A stretch of 64,000 nt of DNA from Hyphochytrium catenoides. Lineage: Eukaryota; Protista; Hyphochytriomycota. The translations under genes were made by a program, and so were the position numbers. Shown piece by piece: positions 49,094-61,826 of the stretch. The notes below the pieces were generated by a model. It was not told the origin of the DNA. It saw only the letters and a program-made list of their open reading frames with translations, and ran no database searches. Position 1 is the first letter of the stretch. Every line of letters starts with the position of its first letter. Location: positions 50,120-114,119 of the forward strand of contig FLMG01002775.1 in assembly GCA_900088475.1 (NCBI GenBank), in the 5' to 3' direction.

Positions 49094-51293
49094 ATGAGTA
49101 GTAAGGGTGCGGCCCAGCAGTTCAAACTGCTGAATGGGCACTCTAGCTACTTTGCTAAACCTGGAGGAGTGCTTCCTCCCAAGACTCCTCAATCGAATAA
49201 CTCTCCCATGCCTCCTCCCAAGCACACAGATGGAAAGGCAGCTTCCATCAACCCTCAGAGTCACCAGCTAAAGCCCCTATATAAACCCACGGCTCTAGAA
49301 ATGGGCAAGGACGAAAGTGCTTTAATGGAACTTGAAGAGGCGCTCGCGAATATGTACCTAGCCAATGCAAAATCCCCATTTGCGCGTAGCTCCCGCTTTA
49401 CTAAGGATTTTACCGAGATGTACTCAGACTCTAGGTAAGAAGAGGTCAATACTTGATCGCAGTATTCCCGGAGAGAGAGAACGATCCCGGTGGATGACGT
49501 GTGCTCTCAAGCCGAGACATCAAAGACAGCTCAGGATCGACAAGGGTCACTAACTACCTTCGCCTTCTAGTCTGGACTCTCTCCGTAGACGAAAACAGCA
49601 ATTGGAAGAGAGTCTGGCCAAGAGGAAGCAGGAAGAGGAATCCAGAGCAGCACTGAAGGTCAAGCTTGCAGAAGACGAGGAGGAAAAGATCCGACTGCGA
49701 AAGGAGAAGCGAGAACAGCGCCGCTTGGAGGCTGTTAGGCAGAACTCCGCGGCAATGGAGATACAAAGAGTATTGAGAGGGTACTTTGGTCGCAAGCAAT
49801 ATAAACGGTATCAACCTCTCGCTGGCCCTAAAAATGTACATCCTAATGTCGCTCTTTACCAGCGCATCTATGCTATCTCACTCTATACCATGAAAATCCT
49901 AGCCTTCATCTGAATCCTACTAATAACACCTTCGATTTTCCTCCCGCAGGTTGAAAGAAGAGAAGATGATAGCAGCCGCGAATATCATCAAGTCAAGCAT
50001 GAAGTCCCATCTGCAAATTCAGAGAGCCAAGCGGGAGTTGGACGACCTTAAGCTTAACAAGCGGAGATTGGACAGCGGACGATATATCAACTTCAAGATT
50101 GTGACATTTATGAAGATCAAGCAAGCCAAGAAGATTCTTCTGGAGAAGAAGAGAGAGAGGGATGAGGTACTGCAAAAGGAAGCGGAGAAAAAGATGGGTA
50201 TCGCCGCAGTGCAAATTCAGCGAATAATCCGAGGAGCTCAAGGAAGGAAGAAGAGCCGACAAGCTTTTGAGGAGAGAGAAAAGAAGAGGGAAGAGAGAAG
50301 GAAAGAGACCCAAAAGAAGTCTCGCTCTCCGGAATCAAAGAAGACCAAAGGCGCAGACTCCAAATATAACCGGGGAGCGACCTCAAGGTGTGAACCAATC
50401 CGCATCATAAGTTGAAGGAATATTTAGTATCAGTTACCTCCCTTCAGGTGGATGCCCTCTCCTCTCTCTTTCCCTTCTCATGTATGCTCTACTCCGTCCC
50501 ATGGAACCCTGCTAACTCCCCTTCTTTCTTCCTTTGCAGAGAAGCATCGACCTCACCTAAGGGGGCGACATCCGCTCCACGACGGCCACCAAACAAGGCA
50601 GTGACTAACCGAATGGCGTCAAAAAAGAGCTTAATATTGCACAAAGATAAGGAAAGTGACGTTAATCGAAGAAAGAGTAAAGATCAGCTCTTAGCAAAAG
50701 ACGAGACCTCATCGCAAGGGAAAGAGGAAGTTGTCGGAACGGGTAACGAAGCTAGCAGCGCACCATATATAGAAGCGGGATCGTCATCAAGCTCTACACG
50801 ACCTGGTAGCAATGGGGGCTCCCAGCAATCCTCTCATTCCCGTCCCATCACTGCAAGTGGGGGTAGGGGACCTCGCACTCAGACAAACAGCAGTACTGAC
50901 ACGGATGGGGCTGCTCATCTCTCATTGAGACCTGGAAGTCAAGATAAGCCAGAAAGGTTGCCTGCTGCTGACTCTCCAACAGAAGGCCGAGGTTCCGAGA
51001 GGCCGTCGGAGTCCGAATGGGAACAGGATGAGCTAGAGGAAGATCGAGAGGAAAGTTCAGACTATCCTTTGACAGACATCTCGGCCAACGACCTAGAGCA
51101 AGATGATAAGCTTGGGAGGGCAATGGCAGAACAGGGAAGCCAGCAATACCTTGAAACAGCCAAGGCAGCGACGGAAAAAGGCAAAACCTCGGCAGAGTTC
51201 GCGGAGAACGCAGGGACACAGGATGCCCCTTTTCAGAAGCCAATCGTCCCGCAGAGTGAAAGTAGACCAGCGGTACTAGCGGATGAACATTAA
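49094..51293 (+). CDS. IQ-motif / coiled-coil protein (putative calmodulin binder), 4 coding exons
   Basis: IQ motifs AAMEIQRVLRGYFGRKQY and AAVQIQRIIRGAQGRKKS plus degenerate copies; E/K/R-rich coiled coil; disordered C-terminus. Exons (~49094-49434, 49571-49808, 49950-50387, 50540-51293) join in frame. Confidence 0.8.
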
Positions 51294-51383
51294 CTTGAGA
51301 AGAGAGTAAGAAAAGGAGAGACAACTACTGAGAGACACACCCAGTTCTTTTGAAATATTTAAGCTAGGGTAAGCAAGCTATAT

Positions 51384-54300
51384 CTACCACGAAGAATAGT
51401 TGCCGGAATCCCATCGGGATGCAAGTTTTTTCCTTTCTTCAGTAGCCACTTGGGCCGCCTCATCTCGCGACCGAATAGAAGGCTGGTAGGCCGTGCCCCC
51501 TACATTTTCCTCCAAACTGTTGCTGTTGGACGCGACAGTGATCTGGGTTTCCAACTGATTTAAGTCCCTCGCTGGAACCTTTAGAGGCGGGCTTGCTAGC
51601 GACCGTAGGTGTCCCATCCCACCCTGTGCTGCACGAGGCTGAGGTTCTTCTTTCTCCTCGGCAAACGTTTCGTCACGTTGCCTAAAAGATCGCTTCTTGG
51701 CGAGGAAGTTTCCACGTCTAATCCTCATTTGGATGGGCTTGGGCACCGCTCCAAGATAGCGGTACATAAGCTTTCAAGAGATTAGGAAGGTTAAAAACTC
51801 AGGGAAGTCCCAAGACGGATAACGACAACAATATCAACATCAGTTCAAAGGTGAAACTCCAGAGACGAGAGGTGGGGCAGTCCTAGCAAGAACACACTCC
51901 ATAGGAGGAGCAGAAATGACTTGTAGCCACTCAAAACGCATCAAGAGAAAGGCAAGCTAGTAATAACGGTTAAAGACTCTGTAGCCCTTACCCAACAAAT
52001 CAGTAAGAGTGCATGTTCCGCGACCACAGCATCAATAACCCTTGTGGTTGCATTTATACAACCAAAGTCTGGAGTGAGCTTGAAAGCTCTGGCAGTACCC
52101 GAAAGTTGCAAATGGTAGAGAACAAGGGGCAAGCTGTTAGGGACCCAAGAGCAGAGCCAGGATTGTGCGGCGAGCTGGTTGATGAACAGGGATGAGTTGC
52201 CCCAATAACCTCAAGTTAAGCCCTACCGCAAATCAGGCCCAAACCGCTGCCGGAAGGTATCCCTACAGCTTTGGAAGAACATCTCATATGCTCCTACAAA
52301 TAGATATCCCAGAGACACGGCCAGTAGAGGGAACAGAAGACTGATTAAGGGCTACCAAGGCCTTGACCAAGGACGCAATCAGGGGAATTGATGTGAAGGG
52401 AACACTGAGAAGGACAAGGGATGGTAAAACAGGCACTCGACTCAAAGCGTTGAGCTAGATATACAACCACGTGCTACCACCTGTAGATACGAAGACGAGC
52501 GCAACCTGTCACAAGCGCTCCGTTAGTCATGTTCACGGACTTTAGGAGTCAAGACCAGCCTTCCTCTTACATTTATAAGCAAACCGGAGATGGCAAGAAA
52601 GTAGAGGACTCTCTCCCACTCTCCAATGCCCCGAGCTCGTCTTGGACAGGGCCTCTAATTTTTTTATGCAATCAGTGTCAGTGTCGTCCACCGAGACTCT
52701 TAAATAGCTCTTCGAAGGCATATTGGTTGTGATTTGTCTTACCTTGCCCGTCTGGCAAAGTCTGAAGACATCTCCACGTAGTTTGAAGGCATTGATGATG
52801 AAACACACGAAAGGCATGGGAGGCCACAGCATTCCAAACCTAGGGACCACGGTAGTAGAGACAATGTGAGACGAAAGAGATGGTAAAGTTGTCACTGGAA
52901 TGGAAGCGCCAGGAAGAGGAGCTAGACAGGAGTATCACCCTTACATGACTACAAAGCCATACTGAACGATAGCTGCGTGATAGTCTTCATAGGGATCATA
53001 GTTCACTTGACTATGTTGGAACAAAAGGTCTCGGGCCTATCATGGTTGGTTAACCGGTAAGTGAACCGTCTCTGCGTATCTTCTCTACGTCCGCTTTATT
53101 TTAGTGTTGATTCCATTCACTGCCCACATCGTGACTCTGTATGCCCTTTGCCCCATCTGACTAGGGAACTCATCCACCCCTGCCGCTGATCAAATTATTA
53201 CCTTAGTGTTTAGTAGCTCCAAGTCATCTGCATTGTTCTCAATGAATTTCTGTCTTTCCATGTTTAAAAACGGATCCCTAAGCACAGATGAAGGCAAGAA
53301 CCAAGTAAGCTCGGACGTGTAAAAATGGTCAACGGCATTTCCTTTAGATTCAGTTGGCCAGACGCCGTTACGAACCTATCTGTTTCAAAGTCCAGCTCTC
53401 CCAAAAGCTTCTTCTCTCCTTTTGCTCTCGCTGCACGCATGAGCTAAGGGAATGCGGCAGTGAAGAGGAGTTCAGTCAAACCCGGCGAAACTTCCTGTCC
53501 TTCTCCAGCCTCAGGGGATCCTACCTCTCTGTCAGCTCTCCGTCTCCAAAACTCTTGACGCTTCTTGAGAACCCATGGGACAAGTATTGCCACTAAGAGA
53601 TTGAGTCCTGAAAGCCTGTTAGACTTTCCCCCAACAGAGATCGAGCGATACAATTCCCGCAAGAATTACAACAGCGAGAAAGCGAAGAAAAGGGGCCACG
53701 AACGGTGGCTGAAGAAGAAGCATCAAGACGACAGTTAGTGCAGAAATGCAGGGGAGCCCTATAAGCTCGTCATTCAAAATTGTTGGGAGGATAGTTAAAT
53801 GTAGATGGGCGGCGAAGAGTGAAGTAGCATTGAGCGCCGAATACCACCTTGGGTGATTATTATGGGAGTGATGAACAGCTGCTGAAGGTCCAAGTTCTCT
53901 CGATCAAATGTGATGAGCCCTCGGCAGGGACGACAGGAATCTGGGGATCGGGGACAGGACGCGCAGGAGGAGCCACCCTCCTTAAGATATGGTCCGAAAC
54001 AGCAGTTCATAGGGTCGCGCCACAGGGCTGGAGGTAGTCGGTCAGACAGAGCATATTGGATGACAAGGCGACTTGCACCATCGATAATGTAGCACGAGAG
54101 CAGAACCCATTAGAGGGCAATAACAAAGAAGGAAGAAAGCGTGGAAGGGCATCACACGTACCACTATTTAGCAGATTGGTGACGAGATCACCTTGCCCTG
54201 GTATGACATACACAAAAGCCAACTGCCAAGGGTTAACGTCAAGAAAGCGGTTAAGCGTCCGAAAAGCATGGAGGGGTGGTCCCGGCTTTATGATGTGGAG

Positions 54301-57300
54301 TCTATGGGAAAGAAGACATTCGACGGCGCGAGAGCCCGGACGATCTACTTCTTGATACACTGCAACAGTCACCTTACCAGTAAGAACCACATATAGTAGT
54401 TGATGAAGTCCAAGAGAAACAGCTTCCGAATTAAGGACTTTTCAAATTGCTATTGGAGAGAGGAGAATGATTGATGAAGAAGACAATCTCAGTCGTAAGA
54501 TTTGGGATAGCAGCATTTGACATGAGTAAGGGTGAACCTCTTCTGTTCTCCAGTTCTCCCAACTGGTGAATAACCGTGCGGCGTTGCTGACGATAACATT
54601 CCACTGACATGAGTGAAGCATCCGAACGGTGAGTACGACTGATCAATACAACCCCTCCAGTCGGCCAGACACTTATCGTACCTGAAAGATATCAACGAAG
54701 AGGCCAAAGATGATGCCTCCAACCAGTATTAAAGACCACTAAGGAACAAACAGGGTGCAAGCTTAATTAGATAAGAATATGGTGTAAGGGAGACTGGCAT
54801 GCAACAGAAGAGAACAGCTCTAGAGTAAAGAGTGCCTGAGCAACCAGAAGTCGTCAACAACGAAGCAAAGATGATGCCTCCAACCCCATTTAGGGCCTAC
54901 TGAGGTACAAACAAGGTTGACAAACGTAAAGGATGTAATGTGGAGAGACTGGGATGCCACAAAAGAGAATAGGCGTATTGGCTCATAAGCTCAAGAGTAA
55001 AGAGTGACCGCGCACCGAAAGTCATAGCGAGCAGTAAGTACGGCGACACAATGTGAGCAAAATACGGCGACAAGAGATGAGAACTACAGCGTGCAGCGGC
55101 CGAACGTAGGAAAGACCTCAAGTGTAAACAAAGAAGACATCGACTTTGCGATACCTGGATGGTGAAGAGGCCCGATTGTGGAAAGTGCACCTTGAGAGCC
55201 TCAAAGGCAGTAATCCAGATCCCAATGAAAGCAATCATCACAACCATTTGAACCAGTAGAAATAGCCCCGAACAGATGAACTGAGGCACATGAAGGGAGC
55301 AAGAATAGGACTGTCAACGTCGATGTCCAGGAGGACCGCTGCGGAGTCATCTATGCTGAATTCACGAATACAAGGCCTATGGCAGTTCTAAACTCAAAAT
55401 AGCCAGAGACAATCGTGCCTCACCTTGGGCACTCTTTTCCACGAAGCATAAGCAACGGTTATCTCGCCAGTCACAGGCGAAACGACGCTAGATCCATAAA
55501 ATCTAGGGTTATGATATTCGAAACCCTGACAAGTTATGTTAGAGCTTAGCTATCAGGGTTACATCTTCCGAGCTGGCAGCTATGACTGCCATACGTATGC
55601 CAGCATACCTGCGAGTTTTCACCTCGAGCTTCACTCCAAGAGTATCGAAGCTCGGCTTCAAGCAGCGCGACAGGATGGAACAACGGGATAACCGGATAGC
55701 AAAGCTGAGAGGGTCCAAGAAGACAATTTGGCAACCAGAAACGGCCTACCATTTCTTCTCTGCCAGTGCTTCAAGAACAAAAAGGACCAGAAGACACAAA
55801 TAGTTGCGCCCCAAAAAGGTAGGATCTAGGAGGAACACGACAGGCCACAGGAAGTGAGGAACAGGGAGAAATCGAAAAGTAACATTTCGATTACCAGCAC
55901 GTAAGTCTGCTTGGAGATAGATCCTGACTCTTGGACTATAGTGAGCAACATTCCCAGCAAAGCTAAAGGAAGCAGCCACGTGCTGAATGAAGAAGCATTA
56001 GGCATAAGGAGCACCAAGCAATTTTTTTATACGGGGTCAAATAGATGAAGTTTGGAGAGAGATAGGTGCGCAGAGCTTCCATGCTTCCTCCCAGAAAGAG
56101 TATGATGCCTAACTGACTTGTAATGGCTCATGAAGGCGAAGTAATACGCCACTTTCTCCCCAAAATTGAACCTCACAGTCTCTATGAACGCATTCCTACG
56201 GCAAAGAGAAGTTCTGAAGGTTACCGCTATTATGGAATGAAAAACGCGGCCGCATCCGAGACATATTCAGTAAGAGGGTAGCGTGCACAGGGAAGAACGT
56301 AGAGGCAACCAGCGCTAAGTAGTCAAATAGAGATAAAAAGAGCCACAAAGCTCAATGCGGATAACAGTAAGCTCACGCTTTCAGCTCCAGTTGAGACCCC
56401 GAGTACTTCGCCAAAAGGAAGAGGTTGATCTCCTCGTCATGTACAGGGAACACGTCCGCGATATAGCTGCTTTTCTCTGGTGAAACACTGCACTGTTCCC
56501 GCACCACATAGTCCAATATCTGCACCCTTTCAGCCTATGGACGAGCCCAGAGATATGTGAATCGTCCCTAATCATCTCCGGTAACGCAGCACCACGCCTT
56601 CACATGTTGGGCAGTTTTGCACTCCATCCCTTCGTTCTATTCACTGCCATTGTATTAGTGCCGTCTTCTCCCATCCTCCTACGTACCGGAGTGATAAGGA
56701 AGTTCCGGGCGGTATCGAGCACGTTGATTTCCAACCCATGGCGCTCTTAAGGTGGTGAAAGGACCCCCACAGCATGAGGATGTTTGATGACAAGCAGGAC
56801 AGGACTTAGCGGAGTGGTGCAACTTGTTCTCATCCTTTCCGCTTTACTTCATCTTGCCAATTTCCGCACTCATCTCCAACTGTGCAAGGCCCAACATTCC
56901 TCCTGGTTCCTCTCTCATCTTCGTCTATTCTACCTAAACTACACGGGCTTGGCAACAAACGTACCGTCCTCCAACCATTGCTTCTGCTGGAGCTGGAGCC
57001 AAATGTGCTTTACGACATCAACCTCGGCCCTTATGAGCAGGAGGTAATACTTGCTCAACTGCATGCAGGTTGTGAGTTCTTCGATTCGTGAAAAGTTGCA
57101 GCTGCGTCGCCAGCACCGTCCCTCGAATCCCTCCACCTAGCTATCTACCCTCTCTCTTATGTCCAATGTACGTATACGCTGGTCGCTTGGTTAGCAGCAG
57201 AAGTTCAACTCACCAGGGTGTCCGTGTCACCCCCGCTAGTGATAATGTCGACAGAGAGGCCGCTTTGGCAGAGTTTCTCCACAATCTGCCTATCAGTCCA

Positions 57301-58164
57301 ACACCAAACGCCAAACAGTTCAACAAGAAGAATAAGGAAGAGATAATTTGCTATATGACAATAGCAAGATGCCGAGTGCCACAATTCACGAACGTTAAAT
57401 TTGCAGTCAAACAGTCAGGCAAGCCGTAGACCAGAGTGGTAGCACTGGACAAAGCACGAGCTTAACGACGAGAGAGAAAGTGGCAGCTTCAAACCTACTC
57501 AATGCAAGCAAAGGCTTGGTCATCTTTCCAGTCCGTCTCCGCGACCCTAGTGACTGCAAAGATTCCTTTTCGTCTCTTAAGCCTGATTAGGATTATGAGT
57601 TAGGCGTATTGCAAACTATTCAACGTCTTCCTCACGATAACGCGAAGGAAAGGAGGGACCTAGAGCTGGATATTGCCCTCAGCCGAGAAGCCTCCAGAGA
57701 ACTAGCTAGGAAGGTACGGAACTCAACAGAGTTAGGAGGAGCTCCAACATCAAGCTGCATATATACAAAACGCAATGCGAGGCTTGGATAATAAAGACAT
57801 GGGCTGAGCGGGGCACACACCGCTTTTTGATTACAATGGCGAGATCGTAGACAAGTTGCTCCTCTCTTAAGTGTGCGCCTTTGAGGTACCGGCTGCGCCC
57901 TACCCCTCTTTCCTTTGCCTTGTCGAGCTCTCTAGAAACACTAGACTCTTCGGTGCTCTCCCGCTGATCCTCAGAAAGCATGATGGGTTGAGCAGTTGAC
58001 ACTAGACCCCGTCGACGGGCTGAGCTCTGAGTCCCATATGATGGTGGAGGTGGTCTCTTCCTCGAGTAAAGCTGCTGCGTTTCCGCCGTAAGACGAGTTG
58101 GACCGAAAGCACTTGCCATAGGTGCCAAAGGTGGGGTCCCTTGCCTTGAGGGTGGACGATCCAT
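51384..58164 (-). CDS. Anoctamin/TMEM16 family channel or scramblase, multi-exon; start uncertain
   Basis: VRFNFGEKVAYYFAFM, FLKHWQRRN-AELRYSW, FTSWENWRTEE|QFEKSLIRKLF..DFIN, YDPYEDY...QYGFVVMF..LWP, LRGDVFRLC...RPCPRRARGIGEW, AEHALLL. Confidence 0.92.
54693..55025. repeat. Diverged ~165-bp tandem duplication covering an anoctamin 3' splice site and part of an exon
   Basis: CAAAGATGATGCCTCCAACC is identical at 54705-54724 and 54866-54885; further matching blocks (GAGACTGG.ATGC.ACA.AAGAGAA; AGAGTAAAGAGTG) occur in both copies. Confidence 0.85.
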
Positions 58165-58906
58165 TCTTCCGAATCTGACCTCAACCAGCTAAGAAGGTGG
58201 TTAACCGTCTTCCATTGCACTTACCCGTATGACTAAGTGATTCAATCGCAGTGCTCTATCGTCACTATATTAGATGCAGCTCCACGACCTGCTGGGTGAT
58301 GCACAGCGATAGTTCTATGTGCATCAGCGATCTGTGAGAGATCATCGGGCTGAGCTGCAGATCCGGGCAAAGCTTCAGAATACGGAAGTGAAGCAGGTGG
58401 AGGAAGTGTGATGCTTCTTACTTGTCAGTTCATAGTAATCACGCGCAACGGCTCTTTGATAATCGGATCCCTCCGAGTAACGGATCTATTGTTGGTACCG
58501 TCCTCAAATGCTCAACCACGCACCAGTGCCTTTCCATACAATGAGGACACTTTGAAGCCTCTGCCTCTCATCAGCCTTAGAACATCGAGTAGGCTAGATC
58601 TGCAGATCAGGTCTCTGCCAGTCTCCGTGAAGTTGAAGTTAGGTATGAAGCCTGCGGGCGCAAAGGTATGTCGGGACGGCCAGCAAGCTTAATGTTGTCC
58701 ATCCTGGGATGCTCCAGAGGTCTCCATATCGGCTAGCACACTAATTTCTCTTCGCAATCTAACATCAGTGAGAAAGCGGGACCACGCCACCTCATGGCAT
58801 CAGAAAGGCTGCTTTGCCATAACCGGAGAGTGGTTTGGCTATCTGTCATACGAAATGTAAAGTAATTGCTTTTCCTTTAAATATTATCAGCACCATGATC
58901 GGCGCG

Positions 58907-61826
58907 CTATTGGGAGCTCGCTTGATACTCCTCCCAGACCTCTTCCAACACATCTCTACAGCTCACCACTGCTTTCAGCTTGATGCACGCCAAATAGGCA
59001 CCTGAGAGCTTTCTATGCAGTGAGTAGGCCTCCTGGGGTGGTGGAGTGAGCCTATCCTTCATGAAGATCTCGCCGTACTCTGCTAGCCTCGTCACCATCC
59101 TGCTGCCGGAGAAGTCGAATGGCTGATGAGAGCGAAAGGGCTCACCAACCACAAGACCTGCCAACTCATGTGCTCTTTTCATGGTGGGTGATTCGTCGCC
59201 TACGTGCACATAGTGAGAAGCATGTTTGGCGAAGAAGCAGAAGATTCTGCAAATGTCATTGACGATCACCTCACCTGTGAGAAACCCTAGCTTGATGGAT
59301 GACTCCATTAGCATCTTCGTATCCCTCTCCGCAGCACCCCACACAATCCTGGACAATAGATCGAGTTAGCCTACTACTGTTACCTCCAGTCGCAGACCCA
59401 CGTCAGCCTCTTGGGCAGGGCCGCAGAGCAAATAGTCAAGAAGCGGCCGAAAGAGAGGCCCCAATGTGGGCACAGCAGTCAGACACGGATGACTCACTTC
59501 AGGTACTCCTCGACGAAATCCTTGCTATAGTCCCTCGCGGCCCCGAAGTCAATGAGCGATAGAACCTTCGACTCCGGGCAATAGAGGAAGTTGCCCCAGT
59601 TGGGGTCCGTTTGCATGAAACGCCAGTGGAAGAGCTCTTTGATGGTCACCTCCAGGACGGTCCTTGCTATCCTGTTTCGTTCCTATACCGATAGCCGAGG
59701 AAAGAGGAAGGTGGTCGGCCAGTGCAATGGATTTTGGAGCAATGAGGGAAAAGAGATAGATAGCCCAACCGACGACCGGGATATGAGCTACTTTTATGGA
59801 AGACAGAGCTACAACGTAAGCACTGAAGTGTATAGAGTCTGAGAGAGAGTTGTACCTCTTGCGATAAGCTATCGCACTTATCTATCGATTCGCCGTCAAC
59901 CAGCTCGGTTGTGAGCACCTTCTTCGTTGTGAGCTCTGGAATGACTTGTGGCACATTCACTGCCGAGGAAAAGTGTGCATCCTGGATCAGGTCACGATAC
60001 CGCACCTGATTAGCAGCCTCGCGCTCGTAGTCGCACTCCGCCTTTAACTCCTCCCTTCCCACCCTGTGATTCAAGCAAGTCATATTTATAACGCAAACAC
60101 TAGATACGACACTATCCTCTTCTCTCTCTCATCAGTAGATTGAGGTGATACAACTAGCAACCATAAGCCCTCTACAGGATACCAGAAGACAAAGAGCAAG
60201 CTTTCAAATCGAAGCAAACAGAGCTACAGAATTAGATAAGGAACGAACCCAGAAGAGGAGCGACTAGATCTGAAGATGTACCTGATGATCTCATCAACGT
60301 ATAGACCCTTAGGAAGAAGGTTGGTATACGTAAAAAGACGCTTGAGGTTCTTAAGGTCGCTATCGATGCTATTGGCAACTCCAGGATATTGGACTTTCAG
60401 AGCCACCTCTCTGCCGTCCTCAAGAACAGCCCGATGGACCTTGTTTGAGCAAAGAGATCGTGAGGAGAGGAGCCTTAGAGAGATCCAAACGAAGGTCTAG
60501 CTGATTTTATGAGTTGCACTAGAGAAAGTCGCATCAGAGGGCCAAAAGCACCAACCTGCCCAATAGACGCCGCGGCGAGAGGCCGTTCCTCAAAGTCCCG
60601 GAAATTCTTTCTCCAATCGTCCCCGAGCTCCGTAGCTAGCATCTCGAATAGCTGCGCTTTTGGCATCACATCAGCCCTGAGGATAGCAGGCGCGAATGAG
60701 TCAACGGAGGAAGAGTTGGGTACATGTAATCCTCGCTTACCCCTGTCTAACCCTCTCAAGGGCAACTCTAAGTGTTGGAGGAAGTATGGATTCGTCCTGA
60801 ATGCTTAGAAGCTGGCCCAGCTTCAGAGCGGCGCCCCTCATCTCACAAAGAGTTTTCGCGAGTGCTTCCGCATTCGCATCTGATGCCAGTGCTGATCTGA
60901 CGGGGGATCCGCCCTCTTTACCTATTATGGGAAGAACAGGGTCAGCTTCGAGTTGGGCACTGCTTTAGGATCAACAGAGGATATGGGGGACTTTAAACGG
61001 AGAGCGCCATACCTATGTTTTTTATACTCTCTGAGACTGTTCCTGCGACGAGCTTTGCCGCCAAGGTCCCAAATCCAAGGACTCGCTCCAAAGGAGTTGA
61101 AGGGACGTGCGTCTCGTTCCACTGCATGCGTACTGGCTTTACATTCCTAGGCTTAGGCCTGATAGTTGGCTCCCTCAGGCCCGCCACGTTCTCTAACCCA
61201 CCTACAGGTGGACTTGAGAAGGTAGCAGGGGAGGGAGTTGAGGCTTGAAATGTCTCCTGCTTGTCTAGTTTTATCCGAGGCGTAGGTGCAGGTTCCTCGG
61301 CCTTTGGCGGTGGCAGAGGCTGTACGCTAGGACGAACTACTGACCCATCATTTTCTTTAGCTAACGTCCCAGATGGAGCAGTAGGAGCTTCAAAGACGAC
61401 TGGTGCTGTCTTCTGAGTTGCATCGGGTCCGGCGGTCTTTAGAGCCACTTTGGTATCTAAGGCCGGGTTGACCGGTACGTCCTCCCTCCCCCATTCCAGC
61501 GCCTGGGCAGGCACTTCCAACTCAAAGTCTATGCCAATTGGCTGTGCTGGAGATGTTGAGTCCTCAGATTGTCCTCTTGTGAACACATCCTCCTCCACCA
61601 GTACTGACGATGATGGCGGAGGAGTCCTAGAGGCAGATCTGGCTGCATTTGCCGCCTGCTGCTGGACCTGGCTAATGACCGATGGGATAACTTGCGCGAC
61701 TTCGGTGGAATGTTTGAGTACACGATCAGCGGCATATTTGGCCTGCGGTTGCGAGATGCGAACCGCCTGTTCCGCTACCAGGCCCACGCCCTGCAACACT
61801 CTCGAGGCGCTTGTGAGCCAGTTCAT
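58907..61826 (-). CDS. COQ8: COQ8/ABC1 (ADCK3/4-like) atypical kinase, ubiquinone biosynthesis
   Basis: [29 protein letters not shown] (KxGQ), AAASIGQ|[68 protein letters not shown]. Confidence 0.95.

Noticed and set aside
54693-55025. Mutually exclusive exon pair or CRISPR-like repeat
   Set aside because: There are only two copies, and the upstream copy lacks the 5' splice donor and the 3' part of the exon.
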